DNA of 52,821 bases from Klebsiella phage KMI8: the sequence record MN101222.1; one strand, 5' to 3'. A model generated the notes under the pieces. It saw only the letters and a program-made list of their open reading frames with translations. It had not been told where the DNA came from and did no database searches. This document shows, one piece after another, positions 28,379 through 37,049 of the stretch (position 1 is the first letter of the stretch; the number at the start of each line of letters is the position of its first letter). A program made the position numbers and the translations under genes.

Positions 28379-28740
28379 TTTCTTACCAGATGGTAAGATT
28401 TTGCCGGAAATGGTAAGGCAAGATTACTCAACCTTTCCATTTAATATCATTAACTTATCATCATCTAGGTAAGATGGTAAGCCACCTATAGATAAATAGG
28501 TATTACGGAGCGGATACGAAAACATACCCATATCCATGATAAATCTTACCTAAATATAGATAGAGAGAGAGTAATAATAATAATAATATATCTATATCAT
28601 ACACTTACGATTTCGTGGTGATCAAAATTTGACCGAAAATCGAGTAAGACAATCTTACCTAAAGTGGTTAGACCAGCTTGCAAGCGCATGAAAACTATAG
28701 GTAATGTTGAGTAAGGCGGAATCTTACCTAAATTACTCAA
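28337..28740. repeat. Cluster of TTACC/GGTAA repeats with (TAA)n tract; candidate origin or control locus A
   Basis: about 10 TTACC/GGTAA cores in 400 bp, three AATCTTACCTAAA copies (28542, 28651, 28720), TCTTACC-AGAT-GGTAAGA at 28381-28398. Confidence 0.7.
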
Positions 28741-29665
28741 TCAGTGAATCAGCGTCGTATAGTTTCCTCTCCATCCCCATCTTGTAATTGTCGCCATTCG
28801 GAACAATGACCTTAAGGCCGCGATCGTCTGCCATGCAAAGCATCTCATAATCAGATCGCTTGCAGGCAACGCGCAATTCACGATCGCCCTTATAGCGGTA
28901 CGCCACGATCTCAAGGTTCGTAGGGAGTCCGCAAGCCCACACCTCGCAACCCGTCGCCGCATGAATGTGCTGGGCGTCAATCCAGGAGCAGGTTAAATAA
29001 ACAGTCCCGCTTTCGCCCTGACTGGTTGGGATTACCGATCCGAAAGTGATATCGCCTGCTAAATACTTCTCGTTAGCCTCATCGTCAATGAATAGAAGGT
29101 TGCAATATTCATCCGCTAAACCGTCCTCATGCACAAGAACCATCGGCAATGCGTGAAATTGCAATTCTGCGCCACTCTCAGAGGTTTTAACGCCTACATC
29201 AAATGATTCACCACTGAAGCCCTCATAACGGCTTAGATTCGTTTCTGTGAGCTTTTTCGTTCTCTCCATTATGGCAACGATTCTTTCGTGATCTGTCATC
29301 TTCCCATACGAATAACCGGAGTCACGACTTGCTCGCTTGTTCACCTTGCGAATGTACTCGACAGGTTGCTTTCCTAAGAAGCGCCCCAGGATGTTTACGC
29401 ATTCACTGTAAGGCTCTCCCGTCAGCTTCATGAGCCAGCCGATCCCCTTATCTGCGCCGCATCCGCCACAATACGCCCCGCCGTCTCCTTTATTCTCAAG
29501 ATTATCCGTCCACCTAAAGCGGTCTTTACCTCCGCAGTTCGGGCAATCCTGATGCTTTCCGCTAAAGTAGCGAGTATGGACTCCGCAAATCGACTGAAGC
29601 GCATCACGCCACATTCCGACCATGTAAGGTAGAACGTCTTCTTCCTGGAAAAATTCATTTTGCAT
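28733..29665 (-). CDS. DNA primase-like protein with gp4-type zinc finger and toprim-like region
   Basis: CPNCGGKDRFRWTDN...AYCGGCGADKGIGW; VWACGLPTN..., VACKRSDYEMLCMADDRG. Confidence 0.85.
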   Translation of the reverse strand: MQNEFFQEEDVLPYMVGMWRDALQSICGVHTRYFSGKHQDCPNCGGKDRFRWTDNLENKGDGGAYCGGCGADKGIGWLMKLTGEPYSECVNILGRFLGKQPVEYIRKVNKRASRDSGYSYGKMTDHERIVAIMERTKKLTETNLSRYEGFSGESFDVGVKTSESGAELQFHALPMVLVHEDGLADEYCNLLFIDDEANEKYLAGDITFGSVIPTSQGESGTVYLTCSWIDAQHIHAATGCEVWACGLPTNLEIVAYRYKGDRELRVACKRSDYEMLCMADDRGLKVIVPNGDNYKMGMERKLYDADSLIE

Positions 29666-29687
29666 TCTAAGATCTCCTAAACAAAAA

Positions 29688-29715
29688 AGCCCGCCGAATA
29701 ATAACCCGGCAGGCT
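29688..29715 (-). terminator. Terminator between HTH gene and primase
   Basis: minus strand AGCCTGCCGGG-loop-CGGCGGGCTTTTTT. Confidence 0.7.
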
Positions 29716-29737
29716 CTTAGATAATTAGCTTTTAGTG

Positions 29738-30124
29738 CTATCGAACTACTCGCATCATTTCGCGCTTCTGGCACCGCATGGTAAGCGCCTTGCCGTTAGA
29801 ATCGAATTGCAGATCTGGACGGCAGAACGAAGCACGATAGCCCTTGCACTTATTGCGAACATAATCACGATGCACCGCCATAGCGCCGTGAACCGAAATC
29901 ATGCCGTTTTTCTTCCAGTTTTGCAACGCCTGGTAAGTAACCTTTAAGCGCCTTGCCATTTCTGCTTGCGTGCCGTAGTATTCAAACACCGCGTCAAGGC
30001 GAGCGCGCAACCCGGCTCGAACTTCATCCTTCAGCACGTAGTAGCCAGTACGGCGCTTGCGTGGTTTTTTATCTTCCCCGCGCTGGGTTCCGTTGTTGCC
30101 GTTAAGAGTTCGCTTATCAACCAT
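29738..30124 (-). CDS. Cro/YdaS-like helix-turn-helix transcriptional regulator
   Basis: YYGTQAEMARRLKVTYQALQNWKKNGMISVHGAMAVHRD. Confidence 0.8.
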   Translation of the reverse strand: MVDKRTLNGNNGTQRGEDKKPRKRRTGYYVLKDEVRAGLRARLDAVFEYYGTQAEMARRLKVTYQALQNWKKNGMISVHGAMAVHRDYVRNKCKGYRASFCRPDLQFDSNGKALTMRCQKREMMRVVR

Positions 30125-30136
30125 TATTTCACCTCA

Positions 30137-30179
30137 TAGCATTTTTTGTTAAACGTGGTATCTTGTAAGGCGTTATTAT
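30137..30179 (+). promoter_or_regulatory. Dispersed-motif promoter for helicase operon, overlapping divergent -10 TATAAT (30175-30180, minus) for HTH gene
   Basis: TAGCATTTTTTGTTA 30137-30151, 22 nt, TATTAT 30174-30179. Confidence 0.7.
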
Positions 30180-30214
30180 AACCGCATTATTGCATAAAGG
30201 TAAGAGTTAAAATC

Positions 30215-32248
30215 ATGGCTAAACCAATTAAACAGCAGATCGCCGACCTTGGCGAAGCGAAGATTAAAGAGTTACAGCAAAAATACACCGTTGGCCCGGT
30301 TGTACCTTATCCTTATCAATGCGTTATGTTCGATGAGATCGGAAAGCGCATAGGTAAATATGAGCATCCATTTTACATAAAGGCTTCGGTATCAGCAGGC
30401 AAAACCATTGGCTTCGCAATGGTGGCTTCGCGCATACGTGACCTGGGATTTTCAATGATGATTCTTGCCCGCCAGGGCGAGATCGTTAAGCAGGATTCCG
30501 AGGAACTGTCAAACTTCGATGTTCCTAACTCCGTCTACTGCGCTGGGCTGGGTACTAAATCCGCGTATTTCCCGATCGTTGTAGGCTCGGAAGGTACGGT
30601 TGTAGGCGGTCTATTTAAGGCGCTGGGTGATTTCGTTCCTTCCGTTTTGGGTATAGATGAATGCCACCAGGTGGATTGGGAAGATCTCGCAGACGCCATA
30701 AAGCACGGCGAATCATTCGAGCAGATGAGTCGATCTAAAACAACGCCATACAAAATAAACGGTGAAGTTTGCGATCCTGAAATTGTCCCTTGCGATATGG
30801 ATTGCATCGTGTACGGAACCGGGCGCACGCAGTACACGCAAATCATCATAGAGCTAATGCGCCGATGCAAAGAGAAGACAGGGCGCGAGCTAAGAATCTT
30901 TGGCATGACTGGTTCGGAGTTCCGAGGGACTACCCCGATCCTTGTTGAAGATAAAGATAAAGATGGATTCTGGCGCGAACAGGTAACTGATATTGATACT
31001 GATTATCTAATCGAGTTTGGTTCGGTTGTCCCTACACGATTCGGCGACGATATAGGTGATTTGGGTTACGATCTCGAAGAGTTCCACGCATCAAGCCGCG
31101 ACGGTGGAGAGTTCACGCTCGCGGAACTTAAGAAGATGGAAAAGAAAATTCATGATTCAGGCGATATGACGAAGCGAATCATGGAAAGGGTAGTTGAAAG
31201 GGCGAAGACTCGAAACGGGGTTCTTATCACTTGCGCCGGACAGCGCCACTGTAAGGAGGCGGCAAGCTACTTACCGGAGGGTTCGACCTATGCGATCATC
31301 ACCGAATCAATGACGGGCAAAAAGCGCGGTGATATCTTAGAGGCTGCGAACCGTGGCGAGGTGAAGTACATCTTCCAGGTTATGGCGCTAACCACTGGCG
31401 TTAACGTTCCGTTTTGGGACTTCTCTGTCATCCTTCGCAAGATCGGAAGCTTAACATTGCTCATTCAGCTTTTGGGGCGCGGGATGCGATTGCTAAAGGG
31501 CTGGCAGAAAGAAGCGCCTTATAACTTTGAAAAGGACGACCATTTGGTTTGGGACTTCGCCGGAACTATGGATGAGTTGGGGCAATTGTACTTTAACCCG
31601 ATCCTGGAGCAAGCGCAGTATCAGCGCCGTGGTAGCGACAAACAGCCGCCTAAACCATGCCCGAAGTGCGGAAAGGAAAACAGCTTCCACGCTCGCCGAT
31701 GTATTGCTACTGACGAAGCAGGCAACCGTTGCGATTATTTCTGGAAGTCTCAGATTTGCGAAGACCAGAAAGACGAAAAGACGGGCCGACTGAAGGTCAA
31801 AGGTTGCGGGGTTGAAAACGATGTTGTAGCGAGGATTTGTCGCGGTTGTGGAGTATCTCTAAAAGACCCAAACGACAACCTAACCGGGAAGCATTATACG
31901 CTTAACGATTGGTATGATGTTGTAGGGTTCGATATTGGACTCACTCGCAACAAGGCCGGAATTCTGTTTAACTACGTACTGGTTGATAAGCATGGCGATC
32001 GGTTTACGGCTACGGAGAAGTTTTTCCCGGAATCTGACAACCAGATTTGTAGTAAGCTATGGCGTCAAAAAGGGGTTTTTCCTCATGTTTTCGATCCGGT
32101 GATGCGTGGCAAGTTGGGCGCATATAAAAACGCCAGAAAGATTATTGAGCATCAAGAGTTTTTCGCGGCTCCGAAGCGCGTTACGCATCGGATAAACGGA
32201 AAAAAAGAAGACATTATATCACGTAAGGATTTTGGAAATGATTACTGA
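30215..32248 (+). CDS. SF2 DEAD/DEAH-type DNA helicase with C-terminal zinc ribbons
   Basis: SAGKTIGFAM, GIDECHQVDWE, LLGRGMRLLKGW; CPKCGKENSFHARRC and CRGCG. Confidence 0.92.
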   Translation: MAKPIKQQIADLGEAKIKELQQKYTVGPVVPYPYQCVMFDEIGKRIGKYEHPFYIKASVSAGKTIGFAMVASRIRDLGFSMMILARQGEIVKQDSEELSNFDVPNSVYCAGLGTKSAYFPIVVGSEGTVVGGLFKALGDFVPSVLGIDECHQVDWEDLADAIKHGESFEQMSRSKTTPYKINGEVCDPEIVPCDMDCIVYGTGRTQYTQIIIELMRRCKEKTGRELRIFGMTGSEFRGTTPILVEDKDKDGFWREQVTDIDTDYLIEFGSVVPTRFGDDIGDLGYDLEEFHASSRDGGEFTLAELKKMEKKIHDSGDMTKRIMERVVERAKTRNGVLITCAGQRHCKEAASYLPEGSTYAIITESMTGKKRGDILEAANRGEVKYIFQVMALTTGVNVPFWDFSVILRKIGSLTLLIQLLGRGMRLLKGWQKEAPYNFEKDDHLVWDFAGTMDELGQLYFNPILEQAQYQRRGSDKQPPKPCPKCGKENSFHARRCIATDEAGNRCDYFWKSQICEDQKDEKTGRLKVKGCGVENDVVARICRGCGVSLKDPNDNLTGKHYTLNDWYDVVGFDIGLTRNKAGILFNYVLVDKHGDRFTATEKFFPESDNQICSKLWRQKGVFPHVFDPVMRGKLGAYKNARKIIEHQEFFAAPKRVTHRINGKKEDIISRKDFGNDY

Positions 32249-32660
32249 TAAAGGCGAATACCTGGAGTATTACGGAGGGGCGGTTAAGTCATGCCCCAAG
32301 GAAGATTGGGAGCAAGTTGTTTGCTTCGATTGGGCTAAATACAACTACCCTCAATATGTTTTTTGGCATAGCGTGAACGAAGGGAAGAAGCACATACACA
32401 CCGCATTGCGCGACGAACAGGCGGGACTGCTTAAGGGCGTATCTGACTTCGTGATCCTGATTGGTTTGTCTGATGGGCCTTACCCATTCGGGGCTATTGA
32501 ACTAAAGAGACAGGGTAAATCTCAGGCTTCGCCAGTTAGCAAGGAGCAAAAGGAATTCCTTAAGCGAGTCAGGGGGCGCGGAGGGTTTGCCGCCGTTGCT
32601 TATGGTAATGAGCAATTTAAGCTGGCATGGCTTGACATGTTAGGCATAAAGCACGAATAG
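32238..32660 (+). CDS. VRR-NUC domain nuclease
   Basis: GLLKGVSDFVILI...YPFGAIELKRQGKSQASPVSKEQKEFL. Confidence 0.9.
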   Translation: MITDKGEYLEYYGGAVKSCPKEDWEQVVCFDWAKYNYPQYVFWHSVNEGKKHIHTALRDEQAGLLKGVSDFVILIGLSDGPYPFGAIELKRQGKSQASPVSKEQKEFLKRVRGRGGFAAVAYGNEQFKLAWLDMLGIKHE

Positions 32661-32691
32661 CTAAAACAAGCGCCGGGGAAGTCTGTATGAT
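32649..32691 (+). promoter_or_regulatory. Dispersed-motif promoter for dam-like gene
   Basis: AAGCACGAATAGCTA 32649-32663, 22 nt, TATGAT 32686-32691. Confidence 0.65.
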
Positions 32692-32719
32692 TCCCCCATA
32701 CCAATCAGCGAGGTTCACT

Positions 32720-33448
32720 ATGAAAGATACTTTTGACGAAGATACACACGACGCATTCACCACGTTTGAAGAGTTAGAGCGTGAAACGTTTATCGGTAAC
32801 GCTTTGGTTTCTGGAGGGCATTACCAGGCGGTTAAGCCGGATACCTTCTATCAGGTTACTGGCAATCGCTATGCTGGCAGCAAGACGCCGGATATCGTTC
32901 GCGATAAGTGGTCAACTGACAGATCGCTAATCGCCTACATGGAAGAGCGCTACGGGCCTTATGACCTGGACGCCGCAGCAGACGAAAGCAACACGGTTTG
33001 CGCGAAGTTCTACAACGAAAAGACCGATTGCCTTAAGCGTTGGTGGGGTAAAAATAAGCACGTTTGGCTTAACCCTCCGTACTCCTTCCCCGATCCCTTT
33101 ATCCTTAAGGCTATTGAGCAGATGGAGCACGATAACCAGATCGACATTCTGTTACCTGGCGACAACTCAACCGCATGGTTTCGCGATGCGCAGCGCGCCG
33201 CCGCAGAGGTGATTTGGATTGTGGCAGATTCCGAAGAGAACGAAGATAAACAGCTTGTTAGCCGTTCCGGCAGGCTGGCATTTATCAACGGCCTAACCGG
33301 GAAGCCAGTAGACAACAACAACAAGGGCAGCGTGATTTTCATCATGCGAAAACTCAAGCCGGGAGAGGAACAGAAAACGTTCTACATCCCTGTCAGTGAG
33401 ATTTGCCCCTCATCAACCAAAAAGAAAATGCGTAAGCGCGGAGTGTAA
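32720..33448 (+). CDS. dam: Phage DNA N6-adenine methyltransferase
   Basis: DLDAAADESNTVCAKFY...VWLNPPYSFPDPF; start moved downstream of the -10. Confidence 0.9.
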   Translation: MKDTFDEDTHDAFTTFEELERETFIGNALVSGGHYQAVKPDTFYQVTGNRYAGSKTPDIVRDKWSTDRSLIAYMEERYGPYDLDAAADESNTVCAKFYNEKTDCLKRWWGKNKHVWLNPPYSFPDPFILKAIEQMEHDNQIDILLPGDNSTAWFRDAQRAAAEVIWIVADSEENEDKQLVSRSGRLAFINGLTGKPVDNNNKGSVIFIMRKLKPGEEQKTFYIPVSEICPSSTKKKMRKRGV

Positions 33449-33452
33449 TAGC

Positions 33453-33710
33453 ATGGAAATCGTACAAAGTTTTGAGCCTGAAGTTATGCTTCAACTGTTA
33501 GAAGATCTCTACCGTGGCATTGTTTGCCGAAAACTTAATGAGCGCGGCCTAGTTCCGTTTATGGATTGTGATCCCTACGAATTCGCAACCTCGCTTGATA
33601 TGAGTTTTGAAGAAATTATGGAGCATCCGCTATGCAATTGGGATGCTATCATTGATTTCGATCTCGACGAGTACGAAAAAGATATTTTGCCAAATGGCAC
33701 GAATTGCTAA
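33453..33710 (+). CDS. Small acidic hypothetical protein
   Basis: 85 aa, about 20 Asp/Glu versus 5 Lys/Arg. Confidence 0.6.
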   Translation: MEIVQSFEPEVMLQLLEDLYRGIVCRKLNERGLVPFMDCDPYEFATSLDMSFEEIMEHPLCNWDAIIDFDLDEYEKDILPNGTNC

Positions 33711-33737
33711 ACAATGCCCGCCTTGTGCGGGTATTAT
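33695..33737 (+). promoter_or_regulatory. Dispersed-motif promoter
   Basis: TGGCACGAATTGCTA 33695-33709, 22 nt, TATTAT 33732-33737. Confidence 0.7.
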
Positions 33738-33768
33738 TGTTTGCATCAAAGACAAAGGAGTTCTCAAG

Positions 33769-33963
33769 ATGAAAGCTAAAGTTTATTTTCCGCACCTGCT
33801 TAACCTTTCCCGCATGTGCATGAAAGCGTACATGGAAAACCCAACCGAAAACGAATTCGATGCTGTGATCGGCCAAATATACTTCCGCGCAGCTTATGGT
33901 CTTGAGTTCCTTTGCATGTACGAACAAATGAGCGAGGCTTTTGATATTCATGGCGATAGTTGA
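33769..33963 (+). CDS. Hypothetical small protein
   Basis: AAAGGAG RBS and ATG at 33769; 64 aa. Confidence 0.55.
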   Translation: MKAKVYFPHLLNLSRMCMKAYMENPTENEFDAVIGQIYFRAAYGLEFLCMYEQMSEAFDIHGDS

Positions 33964-34186
33964 ATCAGGCCGCGATGCGGTATGGCAGCACGCCAAAGAG
34001 GCTGGCATTGCCAAAGACATAGCACTAATTGCTAAGTATTTTGACATAAAAGATATTAGCATTGTGTTCAATGGGAAGTTTACCTTCCTTCACGAAAGGC
34101 CGCGCCGGGTTAAAAGAATCTGCGTTGCTGCTGCTCCGCCCCACGATCTCAAGTGGTATCTTGCGGAAGCTAAAACCAAAAAGTAG
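33950..34186 (+). CDS. Hypothetical small protein
   Basis: overlapping start with previous gene; basic C-terminus. Confidence 0.5.
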   Translation: MAIVESGRDAVWQHAKEAGIAKDIALIAKYFDIKDISIVFNGKFTFLHERPRRVKRICVAAAPPHDLKWYLAEAKTKK

Positions 34187-34215
34187 TTGAGGAAGATGTT
34201 AAAATGCGATACATT
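34187..34215 (+). promoter_or_regulatory. Possible sigma70-type promoter for phosphoesterase operon
   Basis: TTGAGG-N17-TACATT. Confidence 0.35.
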
Positions 34216-34283
34216 CTGATTCTAATATTGCCTCCGTTGTTGGTGATATTATTCTTTAACTACTTCATTCAAATAGGTTAATT

Positions 34284-35411
34284 ATGAAAATCACAGATCA
34301 GGAATTTTTAGACGCACGAAAGGCAGGAATGACTTACCGCGAGATCTCAGAGTCATACGGGATGAACATCCGCAGCGTTGAGCGTCGCGGCGTTCGGCTG
34401 GCGCGCCAGGGCCATTTACACGGCAACGAGCACGTAGCGAAACACATCCCGGACGGCTTCGGCGTCAAAGGCACTTCGACCATGATCCGCGCGAATGGCG
34501 ATGAGGTTGTTCGCTGGGTTAAGTCCGAAGTTGACCGCGACCGCATGATCGCGCTTATGGAGGCGGCGCAAGCATCGTTTTGTGAAGACCTTCCGCGCGT
34601 TGAGCCTAAACCGCTAGACTCGGAACACGGTTGCATTTCCGATCATCTAGCGCTGTATCCGGTATTCGATTTGCACATTGGCGCTATGGCGCATAAGCAC
34701 GAATGCGGAGAGAACTACGACACGTCAACGGCTGAAAAAGTCCTGGGGCAGTTCTTCGACTATTCAACCAGTGTTGCGCCGAAGGCAGAAAAAGCTGTTC
34801 TTCTTATTGGTGGCGACTTCCTACATTCTGATGGTCTTGATGCCGTGACGCCTGCAAGTGGACACGTATTAGATCAGGATAGCCGATACGCTAAACTCGT
34901 TTACGTCGCTATTCGATCGATTCGCCGTGGCATTGCTAAAATGCTGGATGTTCACAAAGAAGTTGAGATTCAGGTTATCGAAGGGAACCACGACCAGGCC
35001 GGGATGATTTGGCTACGTGCTGCGCTCGCCGCGTTCTATGAAAGTGAGCCGCGCGTTTACGTTGACGTTAGCCCTTCCATCCTTCACCGCACAAAGTGGG
35101 GGAAAACGTTGCTGGGCTATACGCATGGTCACACCATGAAAAAAGCTGATACACGACTGCAAGCGATGGCGACTGACTTCCGCGAAGAGTTCGGCGATAG
35201 CCGCTACGTGTACACTCATTCGGGCCACTGGCATCACCAGACGGTAAGCGAATGCACGTTAGGGATCGATGAGATTCACGGGCAGTTAGGCGCTAAAGAC
35301 GCATACGCCGCGCGAGGCGGATGGCGCTCATATCGACAAGCCGCAGTTATCGTGTACAGTAAGCAGTTCGGCGAAGTGGGCCGCTTCATCTACCGCCCGG
35401 AAATGAAATAA
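34284..35411 (+). CDS. Metallophosphoesterase with N-terminal HTH
   Basis: FDLHIGAMAHK, LLIGGDFLHSDG, VIEGNHDQAG, YTHGHTMKK, SGHWHHQ; N-term MTYREISESYGMNIRSVERR. Confidence 0.85.
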   Translation: MKITDQEFLDARKAGMTYREISESYGMNIRSVERRGVRLARQGHLHGNEHVAKHIPDGFGVKGTSTMIRANGDEVVRWVKSEVDRDRMIALMEAAQASFCEDLPRVEPKPLDSEHGCISDHLALYPVFDLHIGAMAHKHECGENYDTSTAEKVLGQFFDYSTSVAPKAEKAVLLIGGDFLHSDGLDAVTPASGHVLDQDSRYAKLVYVAIRSIRRGIAKMLDVHKEVEIQVIEGNHDQAGMIWLRAALAAFYESEPRVYVDVSPSILHRTKWGKTLLGYTHGHTMKKADTRLQAMATDFREEFGDSRYVYTHSGHWHHQTVSECTLGIDEIHGQLGAKDAYAARGGWRSYRQAAVIVYSKQFGEVGRFIYRPEMK

Positions 35412-35457
35412 TCAACCATACCAGCCCCCGCGAGGGGGCTACAAAGAGGAATTGCCA

Positions 35458-35964
35458 ATGTTAGAGAATCGCCCGATTAAAGATATCGTTATTTTTGACC
35501 TTGACGGAACTATCGCAGACGGTCGCCACCGCCTTCACCTTCTTCCGAAAAAGGATCTCCACCTAACCGAAAGCTGGTCGGAGTTCAACCGCGCTTGCGT
35601 TGGTGATGAAATTTTCGATGGTACGCTGGCGGTAATGAATGCCTGCTATGATGCTAACCTGCTGGTTATCATCCTGACTGGTCGGAGCGATGAAGTCCGG
35701 GAGCAAACGGAACATTGGCTTCACGTCGCCGGGGCTAAATATCACGTCCTGGAAATGCGCAAGCATAACGACAACCGCAAGGATACGATCATCAAAGAAG
35801 AGTATCTTCGCCATGTTGGGCTTGACCGAATCGCGGCTTGCTGGGATGATTCACCGAACGTTATTAATCACTTCCGGGCGATGGGCCTGCAAGTTTACCA
35901 GGTTTGCGACTACGGCAACGAAGCGCGAGAAGATCTGAAATCACACGGAGTAGAAAAGTTATGA
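35458..35964 (+). CDS. HAD-family phosphatase, polynucleotide 3'-phosphatase/kinase-like
   Basis: IVIFDLDGTIADGRHR, VIILTGRSDEVR, CWDDSPNV. Confidence 0.85.
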   Translation: MLENRPIKDIVIFDLDGTIADGRHRLHLLPKKDLHLTESWSEFNRACVGDEIFDGTLAVMNACYDANLLVIILTGRSDEVREQTEHWLHVAGAKYHVLEMRKHNDNRKDTIIKEEYLRHVGLDRIAACWDDSPNVINHFRAMGLQVYQVCDYGNEAREDLKSHGVEKL

Positions 35965-36539
35965 AAAAAGTTATCATTCTCAACGGCCCGCCAGGTTGCG
36001 GAAAGGATACCATCGCTCGCGTACTGGAAGAGATCGGCGGCTTCGATATCCATAGCTTCAAAAAGCCGATGTTCGATATCGCGGAAACTATGTTAGGCCC
36101 GGTTAAGTTCAAGCAGTTTATGAAGCTTTACAACGATCGCGATACTAAAGAAATGCCTTGCGATCTGCTGGGCCAAATGTCACCGCGTGAGTTCTTCATT
36201 CACATTAGTGAGTCTTTCGTTAAGCCGATTTTAGGTAACGAACAATTCGGCTACCTGGCGGCAAGCGGAGCGATTGAGGCAACCAGTCACGTAGTATTCA
36301 GCGATGGCGGTTTCCCGGATGAGGTTCGCGCGCTCATTGAGCATGAACAATCAGACTATCATCTTTACCTTGTGCGCCTGCATCGCGAAGGGTTCACGTT
36401 TGAAGGTGATAGCCGCAACTACGTGAATCTGTTCGAAGAGTACCGAGGATACGATCGATATACTGAGATCGACTTCCATTTGACCAACGGCAACGCATAC
36501 GACGACGCAAACGACATTATGGATATTGTATACGAATAG
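35961..36539 (+). CDS. Deoxynucleoside monophosphate kinase-like protein
   Basis: P-loop NGPPGCGKDTIA, SDGGFPDEVRALIE, position. Confidence 0.8.
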   Translation: MKKVIILNGPPGCGKDTIARVLEEIGGFDIHSFKKPMFDIAETMLGPVKFKQFMKLYNDRDTKEMPCDLLGQMSPREFFIHISESFVKPILGNEQFGYLAASGAIEATSHVVFSDGGFPDEVRALIEHEQSDYHLYLVRLHREGFTFEGDSRNYVNLFEEYRGYDRYTEIDFHLTNGNAYDDANDIMDIVYE

Positions 36540-36579
36540 CACGAATTGCTAAACATACCCGGCGCAAGTCGGGTATAGT
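36537..36579 (+). promoter_or_regulatory. Dispersed-motif promoter
   Basis: TAGCACGAATTGCTA 36537-36551, 22 nt, TATAGT 36574-36579. Confidence 0.75.
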
Positions 36580-36605
36580 TATTTCAAAGAAACGGAGCAA
36601 CCCAA

Positions 36606-36740
36606 ATGATTGAGGATGACGAAATGAAAAAATTCTTTACTAAAGCCGCAAATTATGCTATCGCTATCGGCTTCGGTCTTCTGGTAACTGGCTTCGGCTT
36701 GTGGGTAATTACCCTGGCTGGCAACTTTAAAGGGTTCTAA
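36606..36740 (+). CDS. Small single-TM protein (44 aa)
   Basis: MIEDDEMKKFFTKAANYAIAIGFGLLVTGFGLWVITLAGNFKGF, GGAG nearby, immediately followed by next gene; not on supplied ORF track. Confidence 0.6.
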   Translation: MIEDDEMKKFFTKAANYAIAIGFGLLVTGFGLWVITLAGNFKGF

Positions 36741-36741
36741 C

Positions 36742-36939
36742 ATGAAAGCAAGATTTAATCGCGTTATATGCCTTCGCAACGATTCTAAATCACTGCCTTT
36801 TAAGGTTGGCGTGCATTATAGTATCGGTTATGACCACGGCGGCGGAAACTTTGAGATCTACGATGGTCAGGGTGGCATTATTATTGCCCCGCTAAGTGGT
36901 CATTATCTCGAATTTTATCCCGTCATTCATTCGAAGTAA
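36742..36939 (+). CDS. Small protein of dispersed C...F-VG-Y family
   Basis: VICLRNDSKSLPFKVGVHYSIGYD...FEIYDGQGG. Confidence 0.6.
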   Translation: MKARFNRVICLRNDSKSLPFKVGVHYSIGYDHGGGNFEIYDGQGGIIIAPLSGHYLEFYPVIHSK

Positions 36940-36957
36940 TTCAACGACCTACGTTAT

Positions 36958-36981
36958 AGGAGCCTTTACGGCTCCTTTTTT
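36958..36981 (+). terminator. Rho-independent terminator before lysis genes
   Basis: AGGAGCC-TTTAC-GGCTCCTTTTTT. Confidence 0.85.
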
Positions 36982-37049
36982 GTGCTTCCAATTCCCCCGC
37001 CTCCCGGTTATTATTCAATCATCTATCACTAACTAACAGGGTTAACGCA

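Noticed and set aside
28572-28590. (TAA)n tract considered as CRISPR or transposon remnant
   Set aside because: No spaced repeats of 24-37 bp, no terminal inverted repeats or transposase; best viewed as part of AT-rich locus A.
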